Below are positions 25,930-38,554 of a DNA stretch of 64,000 bases, piece by piece. Made by a program: the position numbers and the translations under genes. Numbering within the stretch: position 1 is the stretch's first letter; each line of letters starts with the position of its first letter. This stretch comes from Camelus ferus (Eukaryota). The stretch spans positions 6,946,001 through 7,010,000 of the forward strand of contig NC_045697.1 of the NCBI RefSeq assembly GCF_009834535.1. Direction: 5' to 3'. The notes beneath the pieces are model-generated. The model was not told the DNA's origin. It saw only the letters and a program-made list of their open reading frames with translations, and did no database searches.

Positions 25930-26797
25930 ACTGTCTGTAAGAGGACTCATAAACATGCATTGTTTCAGAATCTGGCTTCTTCCACTACATTGCAAGTTTC
26001 ATGAACATTATTGCATAAGCCTGTGCTGCATTTATTTTATTGCTGTACAGAACTTTGTTTCATGAATATAGTGCTTACTTACTCATTCAACTGTTGGGGG
26101 ACAGTCGAGTTATTTCTAGCCTACGTTACTGATAATGAAGTTGTTATGAACATTCTCATCCCTGTGTTCTGGGGCACTAATGCCCTTGATTTTCAAAAGT
26201 ATATAATTAGAAGTGAGATTACAAGATCCAAATGTCGGCAGATGTTCAACTTCACTGGGTAAAGAAGGCCAAGTGTTTTCCAAAGAGATTGTCCCAGTAT
26301 ATACACACCCTCTTTCTGTAGATGAAACTTTCCTTACCAACATTTGATATTGACTTTTAGCCATTTTGGTGGGCATATAATGATATTTCTTTCCAGTTTT
26401 AATTTGTAATTCCTTCAGTAATAATGAGATTGAACACTTTTTCATATTTTTGAACATTTAAATTCCCTCTTACATCAAATGTCCAGTTACATTTTTAATC
26501 AATGTTTCAATTATTTTCTATTTATTTTCTATCTCTCATTGACTTGTTAGAAACATTTATGGATTTTGGAAACAACCTCTTCAGCAGTTATACATGTTGC
26601 AACAATTTTCCCCCTTTTTGTGGCTTACTTTTTTCACTCATTAGTGATAGCATCTAATAACATAAATTCCAAATTTTAGTGTAGTCGGTCTTATTCCATA
26701 TCTTTTTTTGTATCATTTTTCATAAATTATTCTCATCCCTGCAGATATTATCCAAGATTATTTTTTAAAAGCATATTTAAAAAAATAATGTCTTTCA
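25930..26797 (-). mobile_element. Old L1 (L1ME-like) ORF2 3' fragment
   Basis: ORF 26116-26457 (-) [27 protein letters not shown]...; the L1 resumes briefly at 27158-27174 (ttttacatttaggt) after the foldback insertion. Confidence 0.8.
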
Positions 26798-27157
26798 GCC
26801 TTGTAGGACATTCAGTCCTGCCCGATATATCCATAAGGCATGTGGTCCACACCAAAATGTTCTTGAAATTTGGTTCTATCCAAAATGTCTATGGGTATTT
26901 GTGGTCCCTGCCAAATGGTTTTGGACAGGACCAAATATCAAGAAATTTTGGCATGAACCAAATGTCTCCATGGATGATTTGGACAGATCCAAATATGACC
27001 GAATATTGAAAACCTTTTGGAGGAACTAAATGTCTTATGGAAGCTTTGGAAAGGTCCAAATGGTCCTGCAAATTTCAAGGACCTTTTGGCATGGGTCCAG
27101 CGTCTTATGGACCAAATGTCTTATGAATGTTTTGGACAGGACCAAATATCTGCTAAT
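26798..27157. mobile_element. Foldback-like, putative MULE-type non-autonomous DNA transposon made of tandem TTTGG-N6-CCAAA units
   Basis: Left arm (26801-26915) is a diverged reverse complement of the right arm (26919-27155); ~4 + ~7 subrepeats; candidate 9-bp TSD tgtctttca (26789-26797) / tttctttta (27158-27166); interrupts an L1. Confidence 0.7.
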
Positions 27158-27174
27158 TTTCTTTTACATTTAGG

Positions 27175-27564
27175 TGTTAGGATGAATGGGGATATTATTC
27201 AGAAAAGTTTCACTTCCCTGTCCGCCTGCCCCCTATTTGTATATCCTTGGACCTGGCCTGTGACTTTCTGTCTGATAGAATGCAAAAGAGCTTTAGATGT
27301 GGTTGCATAATGCTGTTTATTCTCTAGGCTTTCTCCATGAAAAGAGCATACTCAGGGCAGCAATTGATGGATGGATGATAACAGACATAGGAAGCACACC
27401 TGAAGTTGATCTGCATCTTGAAAACAAGCCCAGCAACCTCAGACAGAAGCAGAGCAGCCTGCACTAGCCTGCAGAACTGAAAGCAAGAAAAATACTAAAG
27501 TTCCAAAGCAGTGAACTTTGTGGTGATACACTTTCTGAACCACTATGGCAATAACCAGCTTACA
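27175..27564 (+). mobile_element. Old MaLR LTR (MLT1H/I-like)
   Basis: ctggcctgtgactttc...ccatgaaaagagcat...aagcccagc...gcagagcagcc...gcctgcaga...tggcaataaccagcttaca. Confidence 0.7.
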
Positions 27565-28269
27565 TCCTTGTGGGTCCAGTCCAGTGTAGGAGATGGTTGA
27601 TCAGGCACTACACATTTATAGCCTCTCAAGGTCACCAGAATCAACAATGGCTTCTTAATTGCATTTCCCAAGGTAGCAACACAGTCTAGGATAAAGGGAA
27701 GTCAAGGACTAAGCTCACCTGTCTGAGTTTCAGACCTTTGCTTGAACTTGGCTTGGTCAAGTTTTCTTCTCACTAACTTCTTTGCTGTTTAATGAGATTT
27801 TAAATACTAACATCAGGCACTTTTCATTCTTTTCAGTGGAAGTGATGGCTCCAATTCCGTTGCCCTAGCCCATTGCTGCAGGCTGGACCAATTCACTTGT
27901 CCTGAAAGGTGAACACATCCCTCAAAAAACTACTGATGAAGCCAACTTTGGGGTCATAGATGTTCAACATGTCTTACAGTTTTCTTGTTAGCTACAGTTT
28001 TAGCCTCATCCCTTGTGTGTGTTTGCCTCCCCTTTTTCTAACAGGCAACTAAGATAAACTCTCAGCTTTCTATGCTTTATATGATTTCTATATCTGGAAT
28101 ACCTTCCCTGGTTAAACTCAGCTGGAAGCATAAAGATGTGGAGTCAAGTGAGCTCTTTCACGCCATAGCAAAGAAGGGGAAGAAGAGGAAAGAGGCCCAG
28201 AATAGGCACATTATCTCTGTTTGGTGGATAATCTTCCAGAAACTCTATAGTTCTTATCATGGAAGGTTT

Positions 28270-29125
28270 TTGCTAAAGCGAGGTATAACGTGCACTCAGT
28301 AAAATACAGAGACATTAAATGTGCAGGGGGATCAATTTCCTGTGTGTATCCACCTATGAAACCACTATCTCAGTCAAGGTATAAAACATTTCCATTCCCA
28401 GAAGGTCTCTCATGTTAGTTCACAGTCTAAAAAAAATCCCCTGAGGTCAGCACTTCCATTTCCACAGGTTAATTTTTCTGGTTCTTGAATATCACATAAC
28501 TGGTATCAAACAACATATATTCTTTTGTCTCTTGACTTTGGCTCAATATGGTTTCTGAGACTCATCTATGTCATTACATGTATCAGTTGTTCCTTTTCAT
28601 TGCTACATAGTTTTCCACTGTGTGACCATAATGCAGTGTATTCTCCTCTTGATAAAAAATTCAAGTTGATCTTAGTTTTTAGTTATCATGAATAAAGCTT
28701 CTGTGGAAAATTTTATACATATATTTTGGTGAATGTTTTAAATTGAGATTTTCAGGTATCAAAAATATTTGATAGAATCTATCAGCAAAGTTATCCAGGC
28801 CTGTTTTTATTTTTTATTTTTTTGTGACAAGATTTTAATTAAGGACTCAATTCCTTAATAGATGTAATGCTGTTATTAGTATTTTTATTTCTTTCTTCAC
28901 ATTTTTAATAAATTATGTTTTCAATTAATTTGTCCCATTTCTTTAAACATTCAAGTATACTGCCATATAATTGTTTATGATATTGTCCTTATAATTTTAA
29001 TATCTGGACTAGGTATGATGTTCCATTTTTTGTACCTGATATTGTTAATTTTTGTTTTCTCTTTTATTTTGATGAGATTTGCTCAGGGCCTATCAATTTT
29101 ATGCTTCTCTTCAAAGACACTTTTT
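28270..29125 (-). mobile_element. Old L1 (L1MD/ME-like) fragments
   Basis: gaggtataac...aaacatttccattcccagaagg...ttttcattgctacatagttttccactg...tgaataaagcttctgtg 3' end, followed by ORF2-type sequence in reverse. Confidence 0.75.
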
Positions 29126-29599
29126 TAAAGAATGACTTAATTCTATTAAATAAATAATATTTAAAGCTGAAATTTATAAATAGTAATATTATCACATGAT
29201 TTGGAAGTACAGGTGAGAAATAAGAAAGAATCTTCTAAAATACTAAAATTAATTGAAGTTGAAGGGGAAAGAGACTGCTTTTATTTTTAATAAAATTATT
29301 CATAATATTTTATCTTTATAAACTATATACATGTATCAATTTGAAAAAATTAAAATTCAATTAAAAGATGGATTGTAACTTTACCGCCTTTATAGAATGT
29401 TGTGAGAATTAAATAAGATTAAGTATGTATAGTGATTAGCATAATAGAGATATTTAATAAATGATAGCTATTTTAAATGTGATTTTTTACACAAACATCA
29501 TTATAAAAACATTAATGCAACTCTAACTATAATGAGAAAATTTCTACCTTCCAAACACATTACATAGTGCTATTTGTCTTTGTTCTTTTCAATTTTTAT

Positions 29600-30100
29600 T
29601 GCTCCACACATATAATTTTACAGAGCAGGAATAATAATGTACACATATGTTTGTATTTTTAAAAATCATATTAACTGAACTTTTCATATTTCAAACGTTT
29701 CTTAATCAGTGCTTTACATCTCATTTGACTGATATGATCCAATGTACTTATAATTGTGTTATTGTTGGTGCTTATGTATTTTTTTCTGGCTATTATAAAT
29801 AATGCTGAAATACACATTTCTATATATACAATACTTTTGGCTTTGGGATATCATTTAAATTCTCAGAAGTGGGGCTGTTACTTCAAGGGATATGACTGCA
29901 TGTATTTTTTTGACAATGTGCTTCCGTATTTCTTTTCAAAATGGTTTTGACCATTTACATCATTAGCAACATCTGAGTACACTGAGTTCAGCAAAACTTT
30001 AGCAGCATTGCCTACCATCAGCATTTTAACTTTGTGCTAAATTTAGAAATTTGATAATTAATATGCTATTTTAATCCAGAAAATTGACTAATATTGTTTC
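29600..30100 (-). mobile_element. Old L1ME fragment
   Basis: ttttctggctattataaataatgctg...agaagtggggctgttacttcaagggatatg...ttcaaaatggttttgaccatttaca. Confidence 0.6.
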
Positions 30101-30249
30101 ATATCATCATCATCATGATCATCATCATTATTTCAGATCTTTCTCTTGGGATTTATCTTCTAAAAAATAAATTTATTTGTTATATTTGGATTAAGATCAC
30201 TTTCATTCCATGAACTCCTTCCACCATGCTACTGTCTGTTACAATCTTC

Positions 30250-30785
30250 TGGGACAGACAGCGGAAACTGTTACTCCCCTACTAAGCATCATCCTGGATA
30301 AACTCTGAGCTTCTCCTCCAGATACCCAAGGCTTTTCAACATGTGATGCTAACCAACCCTTCTTCTACCAACTCATCTTTCATTTTCTTCCCACATCTCA
30401 TCTCATATACTGCATAATGGTAACCACTCACTGAGCAAAGCATGCTGTTTCATTCTTCCACCTGACTGTGATTTTATTCTACAATTTCTTCTTCAGAAAC
30501 ATCATTGCCCATCTTTCTACTTGCTAAATGCCACCTCCTCTATCAAGTCTCCCCTGATCAGCATCCCCTTATCAGCTGTTGCAGGATTCACTCTTCAGCC
30601 CCTATGATACTTTCCAAGGACATCTTTTATAGCTCTTTCTATATTGTGTTTAGATACTATATCCTTGTTTATTTTGCTAGCTACACTTCCTTGAAGGCAG
30701 GGAACTGTGTCTTATTAATCTTGTTATGTTATCCCTGGGACTTACAATTAAATGCATAATGATTTATTGATTAAAAAATAAATAA
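30250..30785 (+). mobile_element. L2 3' fragment
   Basis: aaatgccacctcctctatcaagtctcccctgat...ttccttgaaggcagggaactgtgtcttatt...tttattgattaaa. Confidence 0.75.
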
Positions 30786-31652
30786 CATTATTTCATTCAT
30801 CTTGCTGATCTACTTTAAAAGGATGAATGCATATGTGTGTGGTTATGACTTTTTTTTCCATTTTGTAAGTAAAGGAGCTAAACATAGAAGTTTTTAGAAC
30901 ATATTGTTTCAGTTAAATTTATTTCCACGGAGTATGACAAAAAGTCAACTTCAATCTAAAAAGTCAAATTCAATGCTCTGTGGATCTAATTTTAGTCCAG
31001 AGTTTTACAACTTTCAAGGAAAGTATGACTTCCAGCTTCCTGACATGCCTATTCCTTCATGTCATTCTCCCCTGCCTCAGTTAAAATTTTCAAAATTTTG
31101 TGTCTGGTCCAGATTTACTTATGACTCTGCTGAGTAAGGTCCTCCCTGTGTTCAGATCATTCTTTTTATTTTGGACTGACTTTCCATGATTGGGAAGAAT
31201 GAAGCCAAGTTCTTACTTGGGAATCTCAGCCTGACTTCCTGGTCTCTCCCTTTCCATTTCCAGTGTCTCAACAACCCCATTCTCCTATGTCATCCAGGGC
31301 ATTTTCCTATTTCAGAGGGCAAACAATGCTACGAGTTGCCTCAAGAGAAGCAACACAGGGTAATGAGAAGAAGTATGACCAGTTGAAGAAGGAAACCTAA
31401 GTGAGACATATGGCCCCTGGTATTCTCCTGGTATTCTCAATTCAAATGCAAATAACATGCTTTGGAACCATCAGCCCCCCTTGCATTCTCGGCATAGATC
31501 TTCCAAGAATATACCATACTGAGGACTTATTGGACATTTCAGAGAAGTTCAGGTATCTCATAAATAAAATAAGGATGTTTATTCAGGTTCCTAGGTGTCT
31601 CTTAGATGTGAAATTCTGTCATTTTAAGATTTGCTTCTTAGATGCATGGTTA

Positions 31653-32245
31653 TGTTACCAGAGAGTAGGTTCTTGTCTTGTTGCAGAGGGAATGCAGAAG
31701 CGAGACAAATAGGTCAGGAGAGCAAAGCACGAATTTAATACTAGGTGACAGTACACTCTCAAGGAGAGAGTGGGCAGACTCAAGTGAGTAGCTGCACAAA
31801 ATTTCTTTGTCAAGATGATTATATGGGGTGTAAAAATGAATGGGCAGAATATTCACTGGGGAGGGAGGGGTTTGGGGTCACATTCCTTGATTCTCACCCC
31901 AGCTCCACTTTCCCGGAAGGAGGAGGCATTTTCATTCTTATGTAGTCTGGACTGGAAGTGTTATGGTGTCGGTGCATGGGCGCTTCTAATCTGTAAGGCT
32001 AATTTTATTGTAATGAGGGCATAATGAGCAAAAGGTTACATTTGGATGCCAGAGGTTGCCACATTTTCCCACCTATCTTTGTCTCCAGGACACTTGTCAC
32101 CTCAGAATGTGTGGTTTCTTATCACTGAGGAGTTTCCTGCTTTTCTTCATCGGCCCAAGGAGCCCCCTTGCTTATAAGCTGTATGGTTTCCTGCCATTTG
32201 GCCCATGCACCCTTTCTCTACACTTATCTAACCATCTGCCTGTGA
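31653..32245 (-). mobile_element. ERV1-class solo LTR (copy 2 of 3, inverted)
   Basis: Reverse complement of the LTRs at 4934 and 45365 (e.g. gagcaaaaggttacatt, gcagaatattcactgggga); intact 3' terminus tgttacc at 31653; 5' terminus and TSD eroded near 32245. Confidence 0.9.
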
Positions 32246-32791
32246 TAATTTTTATATAAAAAGTTAAAGTTTAAAGTCTGTGGCGAAGGTAACTGGATGG
32301 AATAGGAAGAATATGAGATGGAGCTCTCCAGAGATCTGGGCTTGAATTGTGACTCTGCTATGCTCACATTGTGGAACCCAGAGCAGGCGCACAGACGCTC
32401 ATGTAAAAGCCAGATAACGTCCCTCGTCCTGCCTGCTGCAGAGGATGCACTTGGGGTGACAGGGAGGAGGGCACACTTTGTAAGCTGGGCCGTGTTGCAC
32501 GCACCCACTGGAGATACCTGAACTCTCTGTCTAAAACTGTCCAGTCCTGAGATCTGAGCCTTCAGAGCAAAGCTGCTCCTGCTTCTGGCTGCTTGCACAG
32601 CACCTTGTGTGGCGGCCAGGACAGCTGGGCCCTTAGTAAATACTTCGGCTGATGCTGCTGTGACTTTTCCAACAGCCCAAATGGGCGGTGATGGGTGATA
32701 GGTGATACAAGCTTGGCGACCTCCACAGACTCGACGGCTATCTGGAAAGCACGCCCCTCCCATTTCAGGGCTCAGGATGCTTTTATAGCAG

Positions 32792-32810
32792 TTCCTGGCA
32801 GGGGGCAATA
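32792..32810 (+). promoter_or_regulatory. Candidate CTCF motif in a CpG-enriched unique stretch
   Basis: ttcctggcagggggcaata resembles the CTCF core CCASYAGRKGGCRS with ~2-3 mismatches; motif match only. Confidence 0.3.
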
Positions 32811-33639
32811 TTGAAAACAATGAAATGTGCAGCATCTCATTTCTCAGAAAGCCGCTTTGCCGTCACACCCCGGAGTCCCGGCAGCGTGTGGGTCGGGCAG
32901 TCAGCTGTGAGTTTATGTTTCTGTGAAACAGAAAACTTGCAGAAACTGCCTAATGTTTTCTTTTTATTTCCCTTTGTCAACTTGCATAAAAATCAGATCA
33001 AGACTTACCCCAGCCAAATCATATTCTTGAGTTACATAAATAAAGTATTTGTAAATAAACAACATGGGTCTTTCTTCTCCCAAATTGGATGGGTCTTACT
33101 CCCAGGCCTAGGCTGTTATCAGACACTCCAACTGCACCCCACCCCTAGACACACGCCAGCATCTCTGGGAACTTTGTGGAACATAAGGAAAAGATGACCC
33201 AGGGTCATTAGAAAGCAGTCTGCTGCAATTGCACTGGATATAGTAGGTCTGAACAGTATTCATTTCATTCAGATTCATACCATAATGGGAAAACACTATG
33301 CATATTTTAAAATCAGCTGGAGGGGGCCAAATTCTATTTCTGGCACTTACTAGCTATGTCACCTTAGGAAAGTCACATCAGAGAAACAGTTCCTGTAAAA
33401 TGCCCAATGTCTAGTTTATGCACAATAATTATTGATTGTCTTCCTTCCTCTGTGAGCAGAATTAACTTTGAACATGAGATCGTTGAGTCCATGTGGTGTT
33501 ATGTGAGCAAATGGAGAACAGGAGTTGTCTTCAGAGATTGAAATGGAATATAAATGCCTTGTTAATAAAAGAAACATGTCTGTGTGTGTGGGTGTGTACG
33601 CAAGTGTGGGGGTGAGAAACTGGGAATGAAAGGGAGAGA

Positions 33640-33960
33640 CAGTACATGGATTTCTAAAAATACAGATTAATATGATGAGGATTACAGACCAAATAAATGA
33701 GAAATAACTTAATGGTAGAAAAAGATTCTTTGACCAGATATATATAGACATGATTTGTGAACATATGGAGATGATTATCCCACATGGATTTTGAAGAATC
33801 AATTATTTCAAATAAAATATTTTCTCTCTTTGAAAATTGGTGAGATAGATCAGAAACGTTGGAGATGAAAAGTATGTTTGAATTCAACAAGGTATTTGGA
33901 AAGTTTCTGTATAGTACATTTTAGACAAAATCAATTATGTACAGTAAATGGAAAAATAAG
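33640..33960 (+). mobile_element. L3/CR1 RT fragment
   Basis: catggatttt (HGF)...gaattcaacaaggtatttggaaag (EFNKVFGK, cf. DFSKAFDK); same orientation as the CR1 piece at 34950. Confidence 0.55.
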
Positions 33961-34019
33961 TAAGATTTGTACATTTGGTCAACAGTAGAAAAAGGTGGGG
34001 GAAGCAAGTTTCAATATAA

Positions 34020-34240
34020 TAGTTACTTTTGCTAGACACTGTTTTAAGAACTTTGCTTTGTATTACCTCATTTGATTCTCACTACAGTCTTGTGAGCTGG
34101 TACAAATATGATCCCATTTTATTTTAGATGAAAGTAGGCACATAGCAAATTAGTCACTCATTTGGGACATGCCGCAGATAAGGGTCAGGGATGGTATTTG
34201 AATCCAGGCCATCCACCCAACTCCATGACCTGTGCAGCTC
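34020..34240 (-). mobile_element. MIR SINE
   Basis: tgctagacactgttttaagaactt...tcatttgattctcactacag...cccattttattttagatg...gtatttgaatccagg. Confidence 0.75.
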
Positions 34241-34313
34241 CCCAATGGAACCACTGTCTTTCAAATAACTCCTCAGGAGCGCTGCCTGATAGACAATATC
34301 ACACCAAGGAAGG

Positions 34314-34772
34314 TGCAATAGTTTAAATTGTGTCCCCCTCCAGATTCCAGTGTTGAAGCCCTAACTCCCAGTATCTCAGAATGTGAGCTTATTTAGAGAT
34401 AGAGTCTTTGCAAAGGCAATCAAGTTAATATGAGGTCATTGGGGTGGGCCCCAATATGACTGACTGGGATCTTTATAAAAAAGGAAACTTGGAGACTAAC
34501 ACATATACAAGGAGAACGTGATGTGAAAATAAAATGAGAGATCCAAATAATGCTTCTACAAGCCAGGAACACCAAAAATGTCTAAAAAAGCACCAGAAGT
34601 CAGGAGACAGCCATGGAATAGGTTCTCTGTCACAGCCTCAGAAGGAGCCAATCCTGCCAAAACCTTGATCTCAGATTTCTGTCCTCCAGAGCTGTGTGGA
34701 GAATACATTGCTGTTATTTTAAGCCACCCCGTTTGTGGTACTGTGCTAGAGCAGCGCTGGGGAACTCATACA
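34314..34772 (+). mobile_element. MLT1C-type MaLR solo LTR
   Basis: tgcaatagtttaaattgtgtcccc...tgcttctacaagccagg...caccagaagtcaggaga...cagaaggagccaatcctgcc...ggaactcataca; TSD gaagg/gaagt (4/5). Confidence 0.9.
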
Positions 34773-34949
34773 GAAGTGTCTCCTGGGCACTCAAGCTCTT
34801 TCTTCATCCAGGTTGCTGAGAATGAGTTGAATGAAGAAGACACAGGAGACCTGTTGTTCCTCTTTGGGAATGTCGTGACGCTGGTGAAAGTGACAAAATG
34901 AAATTGTTTGAGACGACAGTATGAGATTTTAAAAATATAGGCTTCTGCT

Positions 34950-35165
34950 CTGTAAATGAGTACACAATGAGCCTAAGTGAATTCAGTGGACTTAGAATCA
35001 CACATTACTTGGTTGTACTCATAGAAGAATGGTGCCAGGGCCAAGAAGATGACAATCTTATTCTGCTTTGTGCTTCTGAGGCCACATCTGCAGAACTTAG
35101 TCTCTTCTCTTGCCACTTTCCAAGAAAGATTGTGGGCAAGGTGAGTAAAGGGTGGTCAAGGCACT
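34950..35165 (+). mobile_element. L3/CR1 3' ORF fragment
   Basis: ttggttgtactcatagaagaatggtgccagggccaagaagatgacaatcttattctgctttgtgcttctgaggccacatctgcagaact matches CR1 LGCI.R...SR..EVI.PLYSALVRPHLEY. Confidence 0.65.
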
Positions 35166-35174
35166 AAAGTTAAG

Positions 35175-36500
35175 AGATTCATTCATTCGTTTATTTTTCC
35201 ACTCAAATTATCCCTCCATCCATTCATCTATTATTGAGTTATTTCCACAAACTAAGGATACAAAAATGAATAAGATTGTTCCTACTCACAAAATATTTAC
35301 AACTCCAAATGTGGCAAGCACCATGTGTTGCTGACTCAGCAACTAATCCTGCCTTCTTAACCTGTTTTCTTGGTCAACAGTGGTCCCAGTCCCAACAAGA
35401 TAACCACTTTTCTTCCCTTCTCCTCAGCTAGGCATGAAACAATTAGAAAGTCATCAGGGGAACTTTTTTTTTTATCCTATAATCTTGCTAAACTTAATTA
35501 GTTCTAGTAGCTTTCATTATATTCTCTACATAGATTATCTGCTAATAAAGATAAGATAATTTTATATCTACCTTATTAATCTAGATGCTTTTTTTATTAT
35601 TTTTTTGTCTTAAATCTTCAGCTAAACTCTTCAATACAGCGAACAAAAGTGAAAAGACATTATTGCTATGTTCCTAATCTTAGTGGTGGAAAAATTTAAC
35701 CTTTCACCATTAAATATGTTATTAGCTACAGGATTTTTTTAATGCTTTTATCAGATTCAGAAAGTTCCATTCATTCCAATTTAGCTAAGAATTTTTATCA
35801 TTAATGGATGCTGGATTTTGTTAAATGATCTTTCTACATTTATTGAGAAGATCTCATTTATTAATTTCTTGTCTGTTAATACACTGAATTACATTGACTG
35901 ATTTCCAAATGTTAAACCAACCTTGCATTCCTAGACAAATTCCACTTGGTCATCATGATTATTCTTCTCATATACTTTTAGTTTCTGTTTACTACATCTT
36001 CAGGGGGCTTTTTATTCCTTATAAAAAGAATGAAATAATGAGTCAACAATTTGGCATCACTCTTTCTCTGCTTTTTGCCTTGACAGCAGCTATGATATCT
36101 AGAAACATCTTGCAATTATTAATTGAAGAGAAATAAGACAAAATTCACAAATCACGAAAAGCAGAGAAAAAAGCTCAAAGAACCTTGGCTTCTTGATGGC
36201 ATGATTATGTTGCCAAACTAACCATGAACCTACCTACCTCCATATTTTTTAACTTAAGTGAAAAAATAGCAATAATTTTAAAGTAGTATTCTTTGGGCTT
36301 TCTGTTACTTGCCATTGGAAGCATTCTTAGCTGATACAAACTGTGACTATAGGCATATAATAGATATTAGATAAGAGTGTTGTTAGAGTACAGTCAAAAT
36401 CTCATGATGCTTGGAGAAGGAGCACTGGCTAGGCCTGGAGAACGCAGGGAAGGCTCCTAATATAGATCTTGAAAGAAAATATGAGAACAGTTGAATAAAC
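35175..36500. mobile_element. Nested block: L2 (-) interrupted by an old MLT1 LTR (35310-36338), itself interrupted by L1M (-) (35460-35995)
   Basis: L2 tail attcattcatt at 35178 and L2 body after 36340; MLT1 tgtggcaag...agctgataca; L1 ORF2 in reverse (ctttcaccattaaatatg...ttaaaccaaccttgcattcct). Confidence 0.65.
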
Positions 36501-38189
36501 CAGCAATGCTTACATTGAAAAATGAAGACCAAGATAGCTGATATTAGCTTTCCTCAATATGAGAAGGCCTTTCATGCATACATGAGGTCTGACTAAATTT
36601 ACAAGGTTTCAAGGAAATAAACTTGGATGAAGGGATAGATAGATGGATAGGTGGATGGATTGGACTGTGGATATAATATGAGAAAATAAAATTGACTCAA
36701 AATAAGAAAGACATCTATGACAGGGTAGCCTTAAAAACATGGTATGCCTCCATTGACCATGCACATGGGGATGCCTAAATAATGGATAAATGATAGATGT
36801 GATTCAAGCACCTGATGGAGGTTTAACCAAACATTTTTTAAAAATAAATTTTTATAGTTGGCTGAGGGATTATGTCTTTGGTAGTTTCTAAGAACTAGCT
36901 ATATATTCCTGAAAAGGACTGCATTAATCTCGTGAGATAAACAATCTGCCTCTATCAGTATAACACCATCAGGGAGAAAGCCAAAAACAATGTATGTGAT
37001 GCTCAGATGTTGGAGCGTGACATCAGTCTGCTGTAGACGGCTTGGACACTTGCTCGCTATTCAGCCGTGTCTAGAGGCGACTGTGTATGTAAGGGGGTCA
37101 GGAGGTTGTTCAGGCTTATGATCTCAGTGTGGAATATAATTGTCATAAAGCTTTTAATGGCTTTATGTGAACTGAAGGAAGCACTGGGTTGAAATGCATT
37201 TTATACTACTCATTTATAGTGTAGGACTCTCCCCCTGAAGGTTTCTCCTACAGAATATTTTTATATAAAGAGATGGGAGGTGACAGGAGTAAACAAATTG
37301 CTTCTGAAAAAGAAGAGAAAATGAACTTCCAAGTCAATGGGAGCATATTTCACAGGACTATTTCTCCTTGGCTCTTGTGTTGCTTTTTCATGCCATAATG
37401 TTGTTATTGCTGTGATTCTTATGCCAGGATTAGGAGAAGTAGCACCACTCTTTGCAGGCACCTGGTCACTAGAAACTGGCCTTTGAATAAACTCATGAAT
37501 ACTTGAACTGAGAGCATTTACATCTGTCACAGAGATCATCGAAAGCACCTGCCAACCTCATTCTGTTTATCTATAAATTATACACACATTGTACCTGTGT
37601 GACATTGAATTTCCTGCAGTTAAGCACTCCTGGAAACACTTTTGACACTTGAAAAAACTACTTTTGATCAGCCCAGAATACATGGCTGGTGAAAAAGGAA
37701 AATGGGAAAAAGATGAAGAGATACTTCTCTCATTATTCCAGGCAAAAGGAAGAGAGGGCACTATTTTTCTAATTATTAACATAGCAGGGCAGAAGGACTG
37801 ATCACAAAGGAAGAGGTAAAGAAAGTCATGGATGTGGGCTTTGTAGCAAATTATGAAGGGAAAAAATTACACAGTGGCTTTGTTGCAAATCAAGGCTGTC
37901 CTCTTAGCTAAATGAAAAGTAGGAAAGAAGACCAAGAGAAGTAACAGAGAGTCAAAAATTGTCTTCAGAGCATAGCAAAGCACTGCACAATAATATGAGC
38001 CATAGCAGATCAGTGAACTGCGGTAAAAGTGGAAAAATATTCTGTGCCAAAAGTATGCTTTTAGATTGATTTAGTGACTTTTGTAATGATAGCACATGGT
38101 AGCAACCAATCAGCTACTGCATTAACTGTTCTGCAGGAGAGTAATGAAAACTCTGGCATCAATTCCTTGGTGGGGGATAGAGTGTACCT

Positions 38190-38420
38190 CTCACGGAGAT
38201 GCTAGATGCGAACCCTGAGTTCAGACAGTCATGTATTCAAGCTTCAGTTCTGCTGCCAACTAACAGTGGGACCACTGACGCATCTTTTAATCTCTACAAA
38301 TCTTTTTCCTTCATCTATAATATAAGGTTAATAATTTATTTTCAACAAATATCAGTACATAAGATAAAATGTTTTAACTTCTAGGAATAACGTAGATGTT
38401 CAATAAATATTTCTTTCTTT
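38190..38420 (+). mobile_element. MIR SINE
   Basis: gagttcagacagtcatgtattcaagcttcagttctgctgccaactaacagtgggacc...ttccttcatctataatataagg. Confidence 0.7.
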
Positions 38421-38554
38421 CTTTTCCATTGGAAATTCTGTAATCTTAAATTAACATTATAATTTTCAGTGTTGGTTAATTGTGGGTTATTTGGTTAACT
38501 CTATAAGGATGCATATTTTTATCAACAGAATCTGTGACCTATAATTTCATTGTG

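Noticed and set aside
26919..27155. CRISPR-like look of the spaced palindromic repeats
   Set aside because: The 'spacers' are short and similar to each other, the units are degenerate and occur in both orientations, there are no cas genes, and the context is mammalian.
32224..32835. 203-aa ORF (-), the longest non-L1 ORF
   Set aside because: It has no recognisable domain, runs into MIR-like and LTR sequence, and has open overlapping frames typical of chance ORFs in GC-richer DNA.
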